Shown: positions 1 to 12,300 of the stretch, piece after piece | How positions within the stretch are numbered: position 1 is the first letter of the stretch | Layout: every line of letters begins with the position of its first letter | From: Podarcis cretensis | Taxonomy: Eukaryota | Assembly: GCA_951804945.1 (NCBI GenBank) | Contig: OX638160.1 | Location: 25,110,001 to 25,174,000 of the forward strand | DNA: 64,000 nt | Direction: 5' to 3' | Notes under the pieces: model-generated | Told to the model about the DNA's origin: nothing | The model's input: only the letters and a program-made list of their open reading frames with translations | The model's database searches: none | Translations under genes and position numbers: made by a program

Positions 1-755
1 TTCAGCTCTTTCCTCTGCAAGAAGATTTGCTCCAAGTGGAGGGAGAAACGCCTTAATAGATTCATTGCTGTGCCGGGCCCGGGGGTAACCCGAGCAACGC
101 GAGGAGTTAGTCCGACAGGGCCAAGGCAGGACACGAGGCAGGAAACCAGGCAAGGTTAGGCACAGGGTCTCAGGCAAGTTCTGGCAAACAGCAATGTTGC
201 TCCTGCTACAGCCTTTTATCTTTGTCAGGTTAATGGCTGGTCCTGATCCCCCGGTGACTCACCTCCCTGTCTCACCCAAAGGTGAGCACTCCTCCTGCAA
301 GTACTCAGGTCTCTCCTTCTCTCAGACCTTAGTTGCTGCAGCTCGGGAGTTGTCGGTGGGTTACCAAACCCAGAGGCCGCCTCAGCCTCTCCTGACCCAA
401 CTGGTAGTGAAGCAGCTGTAAGTGATTGCCCAACTGGAGGCAACGAGGTAATCCCCACATCTGGAGCCAGGGCAGGCTCAGGCCCCTGACTTGGCCCAGC
501 TGGTGCTTGTTGCAGGGGAAAGACTCTTCTCCCTGCAAGAGAGGGAAGTGGTTGTGGCTGGGAGCCGGACTCCGCCTCAAGCAGGGGGGCGTTTGCCCCC
601 TGCCTCCCACTCACCTGGCTGGCGCCCACGCCCTCGACTGGGGCTCTTCAGAATCAGGCCCCAGACTAGGTTCAGCTGCCGCCTGAGGCAAAGGATCTGG
701 TGCGGACTGAGACTCCTCTGGTTCCGAGCCCGAGCCCGAGTCGCAGGCCATCACA
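1..755 (-). mobile_element. LTR-like repeat (probable LTR retrotransposon LTR), cut by the window start
   Basis: Abrupt GC-rich block; minus strand begins TGTGATGG at 755; TATA-like GATAAAAGG near 212-220; other end not visible. Confidence 0.45.
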
Positions 756-1750
756 GTTGCAAACATGCAAGAAGGCATCCAGGCATTTTGCAGTTGCATG
801 TGTTATGGGGTGCATCTGGATTTTGAAGTTTACAGCTTTGAATAGTTGCAAGAGAGAGCTATTTCAAGATCAAAAATTATTTGAACTGTTCTGTTCACCC
901 CTGCCTTAAGACAATGTCTCCTCCTGTATGAAAACCCTCCTCCCTGCCACACACAAGAGTCACCTGAGCAGATCCCGTTTTTGAATTCCAAATATGCATC
1001 TCCTTCTACAGAGATGCCACCCACTTTAATTTCAGATGTTTTTTTTTGGGGGGGGGGGTTGTTTATGATTTCTGCTCTAGTAGGCCTTCGAGAAGTGGCA
1101 CCTTGTTGATAAGATAAATGACCCAGTGCACCATATCCTGGGGGTTTGGAAAAAGTTCTTGCTGTGTGGGGAAGCCTTGCATCAGGCTTCTCCTAACAAC
1201 TGGAGCCAGAACTTCAATAGCTGTACAGATGTACCTTGGAAGTAGAACGGAATCCATTCCAGAAGTCCTTTGACTTCCAAAATGTTCGGGAACCAACATG
1301 CCTCCAATCAAAATGCCTCCAATCAAAACCTACAAAAGCCAACATGAACCTTTCCAGCCACACCACATGTCTGTACTCTGGAAGGAAGCCTACACACCCG
1401 AAAGGTCAGGCAACTGTACAAAACAGGTGCCGTTTCCAGCAACAAATTTGTCCGTTTTGAAAACAATGTGTTCCAGTCGGTTGTTGATGCAGTTGTTGAT
1501 ATTGACATCTAGGCTCTTTTAATTTTCATTCAAAACATGATACTCATTGCTACATAGGAAAAAGCCTCTTTAAATTCATTCCCAACTATCATTGTCCTTG
1601 AGATCTTGACTGGTGTGACTGTGTACACATTCTGGCTGTGTATCCATTCTCTTAGATCTTTCAACAAGTGTGTTTTCTGTTGGTGATTTGTGGAACATTT
1701 AGAAGACCACATATGATGGGAGGCCTCTTCAGGGCTAAAACTGTGTAGGC

Positions 1751-2171
1751 CAGGGGTCAGCAAACTTTTTCAGCAGGTCAGTCCACTGTCCCTCAGACCT
1801 TGTGGGGGGCTGGACTATATTTTGGGGGGAAATGATGCAAGAGCACCACAAACCCCAGTGGCTGCTTACCTGTGTCTTATGAGCGGCAGGGGCTGGCGAT
1901 GACAAAAGAGCTCTGGAGAGGGGCTGCTTAAAATGGCGGCCGTTTAAGTGCTGCTGCTGCTGGCACCAGCAAAGCCTAGCCCCCTTCCTCCTCTAGGCAG
2001 GGTGGGGAGAAGCCAGAAGGAGGGAGGATGCGGCGGTGCCATAGCTGTGTGAGGGAGAGAGAAAGAACGCGCACCGGTGATCCATGCAGCGATTCCCGGA
2101 CTGTCCACAGGCCAGATCCAGAAGACAATTGGGCCTGATCTGGCCTGCGCACCTTAGTTTGCTGACCCATG
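1751..2171. mobile_element. hAT-type non-autonomous element
   Basis: TIRs CAGGGGTCAGCAAACT / AGTTTGCTGACCCATG (15/16); TSD degraded. Confidence 0.75.
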
Positions 2172-3544
2172 GTGTGTAGATGGACAGGGTGTTCACACAA
2201 GCCCCGTCCTCAGTGTTCCATGTGCACAGGCTTTCCTCTCTGTGTGCTTCCTAAATCTGTTTTAGGGGTTCCTCTGATCCTCCAGAGCAGATTTGAAGAG
2301 GATGCAGGCAGAGGGAGGCAGGGAAGTTCCATTGCGCAAGCAGAAATCATGAAGCAGAATAAAGCAAGTTGCTTCCACTCACTTCCTTCCTCCATGGCTG
2401 GAGTTTGGTACAGTCATACCTCAAGGTGAATGTGCTTCGGGTTGAGCGCATTTGAGTTGCGCTCCATGGCAACCCGGAAGTAACAGAGCACGTTACTTCC
2501 AGGTTTCGCCGCTAAATCCACCTGTCCACTACACACCCCTTCCACTCCTGCCTCCCACCCCACCCTGCCCATCAACCTCCGCTCTTGTTGCTGCATTTCC
2601 CTTTCTCAGGGAAGAGAGGTAGCTAATGGAAAGGGCACTCAAAACCACCAGCCTCCTCCTCTGCTGCGTGCCTGCTGCCCTGTTTCCTGTTATTGCAGCA
2701 GCCCATCAAGTGGTGAAGAAGCTGCAGCATCTTGTTCACATTATAACATGTATTCTTCCATGTGCTGGGGCGGTTGGGAAAGACATGGGAATATGCTTTA
2801 TCTTCTTATTATTTCTATTCCCTCCCCTCCTTATCTCTGACATAAATCAATTAAAATTGGTGGAGAGGTCAGGCGCGTGCACACACACACACACACACAC
2901 ACTCTGTCCTTTTTTTGGAAATGGGAGTCTTTGCTATGACTGCACAATTTAAATGGCAAGTTCACAAGATAAGCACTTGGAAGTATAGCTTGCTTATAAC
3001 ATGTTTCTATGTTTGCAAGAATGCATGTGCCTAAGGCTCGGGTCTAGAGGACAACATACATATTTACGTCATGTGAATACATAAAGAGGACACTGTTGCA
3101 TACAATCAGCTACAAAAACAGCTTTATGTTTATACTGAAAATGTCTGCACCCAATGAAGGCAATGATGAATACAAAACACTTTGTATTTATCCCTTATTT
3201 CAAAGGAAAATGTCACCAATCCACTTCAAATTTTTTAACTGCAATGGTTCAATATCCTGCATTTTTTTTATGGAGCATGTGGAGTGTTTATTCCTTTATT
3301 GCAAATTGATCCTTACACTGCAAGCCTCTCTGAGTTTAATGGAGCTTATTCCCATGTAACTGGGTAAAAAAATTGCAGTCTTACACAACAACCCTAAGCA
3401 TTTTTGCTCAGAAATTAAGTCCCACTGAGTTTTTTTATTATTAATATGTTTACTTAGATTCCACCTTTTTCCCTGACAGGGATTCAACGCGGCTTGCAGC
3501 TAAAATAGAAATAGCTGGGTGGGGGGAAGCAATCATTAAAAACG

Positions 3545-3580
<36 letters not shown>
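3545..3580. repeat. (ATCT)n microsatellite
   Basis: Direct reading. Confidence 0.95.
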
Positions 3581-3661
3581 CAACATACAAAGCATTGCAA
3601 TAAAAATAACACAGCACCAGCCCTTTCTTTAATAAGTCAATTCTTAAAGCGTTGGAACAAG

Positions 3662-4195
3662 AAAGTCTTTAACTGCTGGTGGAAAGATAGCAAGGAAGGA
3701 GGGAGTCAGTTTAATTTTAAGAGACTTAATTAGAAATGAAAAGTCACTGCAGTTTACAATACCCCGAAAGCAAGAAATCCTGCTATTAAAGATTTTTTTT
3801 GTCCTTCAAGGGGGAAGTTCTGTGAAAATATTTCATAATAGCTGGTTCTGTTTTTTAAAGAAATGGTGCAATAGCTCCATCTTAGAAAGAGAGACTGACT
3901 AATATTGTGTTGCAATTACATCTTTAAAAGTCTTTAACTGCTGGTGGAAAGATAGCAAGGAAGGAGGGAGTCAGTTTAATTTTAAGAGACTTAATTAGAA
4001 ATGAAAAGTCACTGCAGTTTACAATACCCCGAAAGCAAGAAATCCTGCTATTAAAGATTTTTTTTGTCCTTCAAGGGGGAAGTTCTGTGAAGATATTTCA
4101 TAATAGCTGGTTCTGTTTTTTAAAGAAATGGTGCAATAGCTCCATCTTAGAAAGAGAGACTGACTAATATTGTGTTGCAATTACATCTTTAAAAG
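3662..4195. repeat. 265-bp tandem duplication
   Basis: 3662-3926 matches 3927-4191 with one mismatch seen (3827/4092); AAAG microhomology at the junctions. Confidence 0.95.
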
Positions 4196-4377
4196 ATTTA
4201 ATTAAAAAAATGTGCATTCATATTCACAGACTTGAATCTGAACATCAGGAATTGCAATTAGATGAGCTTTTGCCCAGATTTAGAGCTGAACTAATTCAGT
4301 AGACAATACTGGGCTGGTTTTCTATGTGCTTAACTTGAACCCGTAGAAATCACTGAAACTTAGTGAATAGCATGACC

Positions 4378-4526
4378 TATGGATAGCTCAGTTAGAGTGT
4401 GGTGCTGGTAATGCCAAGGTTGCAGGTTCAATCCCCGCATGGGACAGCTACATATTCCTGCATCGCAGCGGGTAGGACTAGATGATCCTTAGAGTCCCTT
4501 CCAAATCTACAATTCTATGGTTCTGA
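4378..4526 (+). mobile_element. tRNA-derived SINE with CR1-type 3' tail (Squam2/POM-like)
   Basis: A box tagctcagtt, B box ggttcaatccc, then gactagatgatcc..ccttccaa..tctacaattctatg (CR1 3' end). Confidence 0.7.
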
Positions 4527-5399
4527 GATTGATTTCAGTGGAACCCAAGTTCACTAACTTGATCTGGTTCTAGCTCATAGTATTTTTACATTGGGTGGGG
4601 GCACTGCAAGCAAGATTTGTACATAAAGAAATGAGTTTTATTTCAAGAACAGGACTCCTGAATTATGCAATCCTGAATCCAATTCTACTTTAAAGCACTT
4701 AATCCACTAATTGCCATTTATATGCTGCTGAAGACCACTAGCTAGATCTTCATCTGAAGATCACTGAATCACTACTCAACATCAATACTGACCATAGTTT
4801 TATTATGCCGTTTCAGAATAACAATAGCATTTTGCAAATGTGTTTAACATTTTGCATTTTAGACATTGGTTGTTGTTTAGTAAACTGCGACAGTAAACCC
4901 AAGTAAAAATGTTTTTATTATATATTGCAATAAATTGTCACTCCTGACAATTTGTACCATGCAAGACCAGTATTTCCTGCTCCAGATGGCAGTGGCTCAG
5001 AGGTCTCTGGTGCAAGTCTTTCCTAGCTCTTCTACTTGAGTTCCGTAGCCAAAAATGTTTACAAGTGATTTATGGGTCTTCCATCTTGCTGTATTTAGTA
5101 GATATTCTCCCAAGAGTCATCAGGCAGGTGTCCTCGTCAATATTCTTCTCCAAGAGTCCTTGCCCACCTCAGGCAGAGCAGATGGTAGGGGTACTGCTAA
5201 GTTGTGGTTAGACTGAACACACAGGAAGACTATGTCATTGACAAAGGATCACGACTGCTGTTTTTCTGAGGATAAGAGAGAATCCATGGGGTTTACTTGT
5301 TCCACATATAAACATAGACCATCACTGAGGAAAGATGAGTTAGACAACAGTTTGGCAGAAGCTCCAAAGCTCTATCTGAAGTGATATGATGGACCTAGA

Positions 5400-6395
5400 A
5401 GTTTATCATTAGTAATCAATTGAAAAACAGGAAGCAAGGAACTGTAAGCGAACACTTTTTGAAATGCAAGACAGACACATATGGACTTTCTAAAGATCTG
5501 TACTGGAATCAGTGCTAATTAACTTGTTCCTAAGTGAACTGGAATTAGGGGGGAAATGGACAAGCTTGCACATGACACCAGTTTAGAATGGTGAAAAACA
5601 AAGCTGACTGCACAGAGCTCCAAAAGGGCATCTCCAAAACAGGGAAATGGGCAATAATAAGGCAAGTGAAGTTAAATATAAATGAAGTTGTGCATACTGC
5701 AGCAAACAAGCTGCATGTGGCTGTATGTACAGGCTAATAGGGTCTGAAAGATCTTTGGGTCATGATGAACAGCTCAATGAAAATAAGTGGGCAGCAACTG
5801 TAAGATCATTAAAATAAAACAGACCATATTGTAATGACCCGTGGTACAACTGCATTTGGAAAATGCGACCAAAAAAAGGCAACCAGAATGATCATGCGAT
5901 TGAAGCAGATTCCAGATGAAGCCAAACTGGTGTTTGGGGCTTTTCAGTTTTGAAAAATACACTGGGGTGGTGGTGGGGAAGACATGAGAGGTTGAGATTA
6001 TTATTTGCATGAGAAGAACATTAATTTTTTTTGTTCCTCGCTCATAATACCAGGTGTTGGAAGTAATTGGCAGGATTCAGGATGGACAAAATAAAGCACA
6101 TAATTAAGGAACAGATTGTCCTAGATGTGATGACCACTAGGCTTAAAATAGCATAAAGGAGGGAAGACAAACTAATGGAGGATCATTTTATCAATGAGTA
6201 TGAGCCATGCTAGCTACATCCAAACTCCAGGGGCAAGAGAATATGCCACTGAATATCAGTTGCTTGAGGATAGCAATGGGGAAAGGTTTTGCCTTCCCAC
6301 CCTACTTTTCGCTTCCCTAGAGGCATCCGATTTGTGACTATAAAAACAGGTTATTTGACTAGATGGACCTTTGGTTCATTCAGCAAGGCTCTTAA
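5400..6395 (+). mobile_element. Old degenerate CR1 LINE fragment
   Basis: Decayed FADDTKL..MVK.KADC.ELQKDL..L.EWA..WQ-like coding at ~5560-5690; CR1-like 3' end at ~6340-6395; edges approximate. Confidence 0.65.
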
Positions 6396-7022
6396 GGTCT
6401 ACCTAGTAATGGGAAACTTGCAGTCCTCCAGATGCTGCTAAACCACAGCTCCCGTCATTCCTGACCTCTGGCCGTGCTGATTGAGGCTATTGTGAACTGG
6501 AGTCTGACAACATCTGGAGGGCCGTAGGTTAGCCACCCCTGGCCTGAACTTATATGAGAATCGCACTTGGAGGGATAAGGTAACAGTCTACTTTATTCAA
6601 CGCTAGGACCATATAACACAGTGGAGGGTACACATCAAGAGCAGGAGTAAAGAGCTTTGGAACAAAAGAAGTGGGTATCATAGCAGTCAACAGTGACCTT
6701 GGAATCCCCACTGTAGATACCAAGAAAGAGCCAGCTGTTGGATCAGCCAGAATTGGAAGAAATGCTGTGCAATTCTATTATATAAAAGCAAGTCACTCAA
6801 GTTCAGTGTTGGTTATTCTCAATGCTGCATCTCTGCAAGGTAAGCAGGAAAATGGTGATGCTTTAGAGGACCAATCCTAGTCAACATTTTTGGGATCTTG
6901 CTCTTCCCAAGCCACTAATGCTATTGCAGATGTGATAGAATGATCTGAATGCTGATTCAGCATTCCAATTGTGTCTGAAATTTGGATTTGTGGTCCCAAG
7001 AGCTAAGAGGAGTGGCAAAACT

Positions 7023-7210
7023 CAGAGGTTCCCAAACTGTGGTCCACAAGCTTCATTCAGGTGGTCCGTGGCATGTCTATAAAAATACAATTAAAAATCA
7101 CACAGCACTTAGCATAGCACATTCTAATTGCTAGAACAGACAGAAAATCCGCAAGGACTCTCAGCAATGTTCAAATGGTCAGAGTAGGTGGAAGAGTTTG
7201 GGAGCCACTG
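7023..7210. mobile_element. hAT-type MITE, old
   Basis: TIRs CAGAGGTTCCCAAACT / AGTTTGGGAGCCACTG (14/16); no clear TSD. Confidence 0.6.
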
Positions 7211-8151
7211 ACTTAAACAATATCAGGCAAAACAGAGTCATAGGTGCCTCTGGCTGAGAGAAGGCAGAAGCATTCTCAGCATTCTCCTTGAAGACCAAGA
7301 TGAGCACATGGACTTATCCAAAGTCATCCTGTGGTCCTGGGGAGGAATTCAAAGAGGTATATAAGTTACTGTCCTCCATCCTGTGTGTAGGTTCCTGGTT
7401 AGCCTGAAGGTCATTAACAATCCTTATTTATCGCCTATTAGATATTGCTTTATTGAGGCAAACTTAGAAACCCAAACCCAAAGCAGCTATCATGCTGGCG
7501 TCAGAAGCAGATACAACAGCAAAAGGGGTAGCAGAAACAGATGTGGTGGGTACCACAACAGGCACCAAATGAGCCAATAGTGGGCAGATTATCTCCTCTG
7601 TACTCACAGATCGAAGATCCATTGTTTGATCTGATCTCATAATGCCCAATATTGTGTCCTGCAAGGTGGGAAATTCTTAAATGCATACCAGGCACTACTT
7701 CTAAAAAGCTATGCCCTAAGTGTGCAGCGAAAGACAGAGATAAATACCTGCAGGGAAATAGCAATACCTGCAGGTAGAAAGAAATAAGTGGAATTAAAAA
7801 CAAAACAAAACAGAGAAAGAGGTACCCACTATTCTATGTTCAGATAAATGCTAAAGTTCGCTGATGAATTCTACAGAAAATGTTCCCCAAGCTGCTGCGA
7901 AGAGAGAACTAAGCTTGCTCCACCGCTCAAGGCACGAACCGTTAATCCGAAGTCTCCCCATGAAGGCAGAGGGCATAAACACCATTTCCATGGCTAGAAC
8001 TTCTGGATGTAGTTGGGAGATGATCTGCATTAGGTGCAGTAGACATACTCTGGAACTACACAGAGACTATGAAGGATAAAAAGGCTACCAATATTTTAAC
8101 ACCATACACATAACGAAGCAATCTGACAATTATGGCAGTCCTTAACAAGAC

Positions 8152-8157
8152 TTTAAT
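8152..8157 (-). terminator. Candidate STAM polyadenylation signal (ATTAAA); an alternative AATAAA lies at 7449-7454
   Basis: Hexamer about 0.94 kb after the stop codon, followed on the minus strand by GT-rich sequence; not verified by transcript data. Confidence 0.35.
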
Positions 8158-9091
8158 AAATGTAGTGTTTCTTCTTGTTCCAGTTTAAAAATGCCACTCA
8201 CTCACATCCAAAGTGCCCCCTCTCTGTCTTTGGTGTGATCTCCACCAACGTACACAGAATATAACTATTCAGCATTCAGGTGACACAAAACTAGCATGAA
8301 AATGTAAGTTACATAATTTAAACAATAAAAGATAAAATGGTTCAGATGTGTTTCATGGTCCCATATGTTTAGCAGCTTGCAAGTTATTATTTTGAAACCA
8401 TTATTCATAAAAGCAGAATCTTTTCTGAATGCAGAGTGTCTGAAGTTCTAGACCCCTTACTTTGGTAGACAGTGTCATCTAGTAGCACCCAAAGGCTACA
8501 GGAAGGAAGGAAACACTCACATTCAATGTACAATTAATGAAAAAACTAGGCAATTCAGTTTCAAGAGCATATCCATAGCCAGTAAGTATTTGTGATATGC
8601 AGGTTAGAGCCTTCTCCTACACTCTGAACAAACATCCTTATAAAATCCATGAACATGTTCCATCTGTTCATGATTAATAAAACAGTAAATTATTTTAACA
8701 CTGTGTTATATATTCACATGATCACCATAGTAATTCAAAACGGCCACTAACACAAACACACTATATGTACATAAACATATATGCCACAACAGTTTGCCAA
8801 GTTGACTCGTCACAAACTAGCCAGTTTCAGCAGACATAAATAACCTTGTACCAATTTTAGGCATTTTTAAAGGAATTAAATGTCCTCTAAGTATTTTAAT
8901 TCCTTTGCAAACTAAAAAAATAATAATCCTAAAAAGTCAGTGCAAATAGAATCATTATACTTGTTCACCAAGAAAGATTCCTATTAAGCCGAGGATAACC
9001 CACGTTTAAGATATTAAAGGAATAAACTCATAACATTGTAAACTGCCGTCAGCAGAGGTTAGAGTAGATTAGGAATCAGAAGTCCTCTATC

Positions 9092-9335
9092 CTATAGTAG
9101 TGCCTTCTGGGAATAAGTGTTTTGTTGTGATGATGGAGGTTGTTGCTGTGGTGGTGGTGGTTGGCTGCCTGGTGGCTGCGGCAGGGATGAGGCGACTAAG
9201 TTATAGTTTGGCACCTGAGATATAGTTCCAGAATTCTGGTAAGCAGCAACATCAGCAGTAGCAGCAGTTGGGGGTGGGCTGTAGACTGAAGCTTGGCTAG
9301 AATATGTGCTTCCTGGAACAGAACCAACCATTGTG
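9092..9335 (-). CDS. STAM: STAM exon 14 (coding part, 244 nt including stop)
   Basis: [22 protein letters not shown]...NTYSQKALL*; tctag| acceptor. Confidence 0.94.
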
Positions 9336-12300
9336 CTAGAGGTAAGGGTGAGAGGGGGAAAAAAGAGTAAGTAGACTGAAAAGAGGTACGAAACAAAAAA
9401 AAAATGGAAATTGGATCCTTCATCTTAAAAAACAAACAGGTCTCCCCACCCCACTGCATGCCTTGAGCCTGTTTTGCAAACCTAAGGAAAGCAGAGGTTT
9501 CTGTAACCTGATACAGAATGTCCAATCCAAACATACTGCAGGTGTCACAAAGATAGCTTTAGTGATCAAGTTGTCAATTATTATTTCCCTTAAGCATTTC
9601 TAGCTAACATTACATGCAAGTTTTGGATATTTGAAGTTTCACAATTACTTTGTGTAAGATGTCTGAACTGGCTGACTAGGTAATCCAGAGCTTGCTGCTG
9701 GAGTAATTGTGCCTTGATTCAGTGGCGGTAGCTGCTCTGATGGAAGACTGTAGGCTTGAACATGACCCATTTGGGCATTTCCTGCCACCAAATATGCATT
9801 GCTTTGAGGTTGTCCTGGATAAACCTAAACACACACATTGGGAAGAGATAAACACAGGAATAAGCTAATGTCAACTGACGCTTATTATTTTGTTCCACTT
9901 AAAGCCATAAAAACAGGATTTGAAACCATCTTAATAGTCACTGCTTTAAAGGCTAGTTTATGTAAACAGTACTAACTAATGACTCTGTCCCACCCCCAAT
10001 TGTGAGCACCCCCACACCACTGGGCTTAACCCCACCCCTACAAACTCCAGAAGCCTGGATCAGTTCCTCCCAGAATGCATGGAAATTGCAGTTTCTTGTG
10101 TCTCTTGATCATATACAATGAATTGGGAGGCATAGTAAATGATGTTTTGTGAAATCTGTTAAATAATATAACCTCATTATATTTGGGTGCAGGAGCCCTC
10201 ACAAGTTATAGGCCTCACAAGTTACTAATTTATAAATGTTAATGTTGAAGGGTTCAACTATACGTAACTGGCTTTATCACTTGAATTATGCATTATCCAC
10301 CAGTTTCTTGGAACAATGCCACAACACAATTATCTACCTCAGATCTTTACAGCCTCCAAATACATACCTGAGAGCCAGAAACACCGGACTGAGCCATATA
10401 ATATTGTTGGTTTTGTAGTTTTGAGTACATTGAATACATTGGATCCTCATTCATCAACTTGGTATATAATGAGAGTGCCTCCATCACTTTCACATTGAGC
10501 TCTGACAGCTCAGAATGTTTCCTGAATGAAACATTTCAATATCAATGAACATTATTTTACACAAAACAGATACTAGCTTTATAGTTTATCATAGGGTGGC
10601 TGGACCTCCAGATCCTTTTGGAATACAACTCCCATCAGCCCCAGACAGTCTAGCTAATGATCAGGGATGATGGGAACTGTAGCCCAACACTGGGATGGCC
10701 ACAGGCTCCCCAACCTCGACTTATCCACTGAAAGAGGCATCATTTTACTGCAAATGGAGGAAGGGTAAAGTTGCAGTCAGAGTCTTTAAAAGAGAAAGAG
10801 CGCTCTCATGCTTTTTGACAGCAGCAACTAAGGGAACTTCCATCCTCTTCCTCCAACCTCCTAAAGAACCGAAGTGCTACACAGAGACAGCGGATGTTTC
10901 AATTTATGCAAGGGAACCAGGTATGGAGACTTCATGAAAGGAGGTAAGACAGAGAATTGAATGCCTGCCCTAAAGTAGTACACAGACACTCAAAGATAAC
11001 TAACAGATAGCTGCCAGGGAAGCCATCCATACCTCCTACTATGAGAAAATGACCGCAATTTTTTTGGGGGGACCGGGGGGTTGGAGACAGGGAATTGTGA
11101 TCCTTACCATGAAGAATTAGTACAGGATATAAAGAAAGTTGTCTATGTACAAATACTAGTCAAATGTCTGGTCCATAACTTTAAAAAGCTGCATTAGCTG
11201 TCATTACTGAAAATGCACAAGACCTTCTGTTTTGAAATAGCTACCCTATCTCTAAAGATAAACCTATCTCATTTTAAAGTTATTTATTTAATTTAAAGGG
11301 TTTTTTATCCCATTGTTAATCCAAAAAGGATTCAAGAGTAGCTTACGAAGTTCAGAAGTAGGACACATAAGTGGTTAAAACAAAACAATTGCTGCTTTGC
11401 AATATCAGGTGTTTCTCTCTTGATATCTGTTCTTACCTGTCAATATCTTCTAGCTTTTCATCAATGAGAGGTCCCATTTGATGGCACATTGCTAGAAACA
11501 CAATGTAAATAGAAAAACTATAAATCTCAAAAAAAAATTAATAATGAACATCAAGCTAGCTAAGAAAAAGTTATACTAAAAGAGAAGACTTTCCACAAAA
11601 CAAACAAGATGACTTGAGATAATCAAGTAAATATTTTAGAGAAATGATGAAGTTAGCATCCTGTAGTCCTTAGGTGGGAACTTGTTTGTGACTATGAGGA
11701 CAGAACAGGGGGAAAGAAAGCTTACTTTCAAGGTGGATCAGCTCTGGGAGGTCTGGCTGATCATCACCTGGATCTGCACTTTGCAGCATCTGCAACAGTT
11801 GGTCCATTTTATCCTAGAATAGGACACACACATTATTTATTTGGGTTCAGATCTATGAGCAGTCCATAATTTATGTTTCAAAGAATTACTTTAGGCACTC
11901 CCAACAACTTGAGCACACACAATGACTTCAGCACAACCAACAGCGTTAAAAAAAAAAACCCAACAGCAGACCTCCGTGACATATCAGAAAGTGCTTTCAA
12001 AAGATGAGAAACTTTTAATTCTAAAAGTTGTCTGGCATGTAGCATGTGGGTGGCTGCTGAATCGGAAATATTAAGTCCAGGGTCCACTTTAGCATGAGAA
12101 ACTATCTGCATTTTTCTACGGGCACAGTTGAAGTGTTACAATAGTTCTAATAAAAACATTACATGCACCGTTTATTAGCTGTTAACGTTCTGTCGTTCTA
12201 TGAGAGAAACAGTGCCAGCACTGACAATACATTCTACAAGCAGGTTTGACAATAGGCATGTTTTCCTCTCAAGGTCTTAACAATAAGGATGTCCCTTCTA

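Noticed and set aside
4378-4445. tRNA-like A/B boxes (also ~16320 and ~42000)
   Set aside because: These are degenerate SINE heads joined to LINE-derived tails, with no intact cloverleaf.
830-9000. Exons of the expected neighbouring gene beyond STAM (TMEM236 in other amniotes)
   Set aside because: No recognisable coding sequence in the ORFs or frames I inspected; probably outside the window. A TBLASTN search would settle it.
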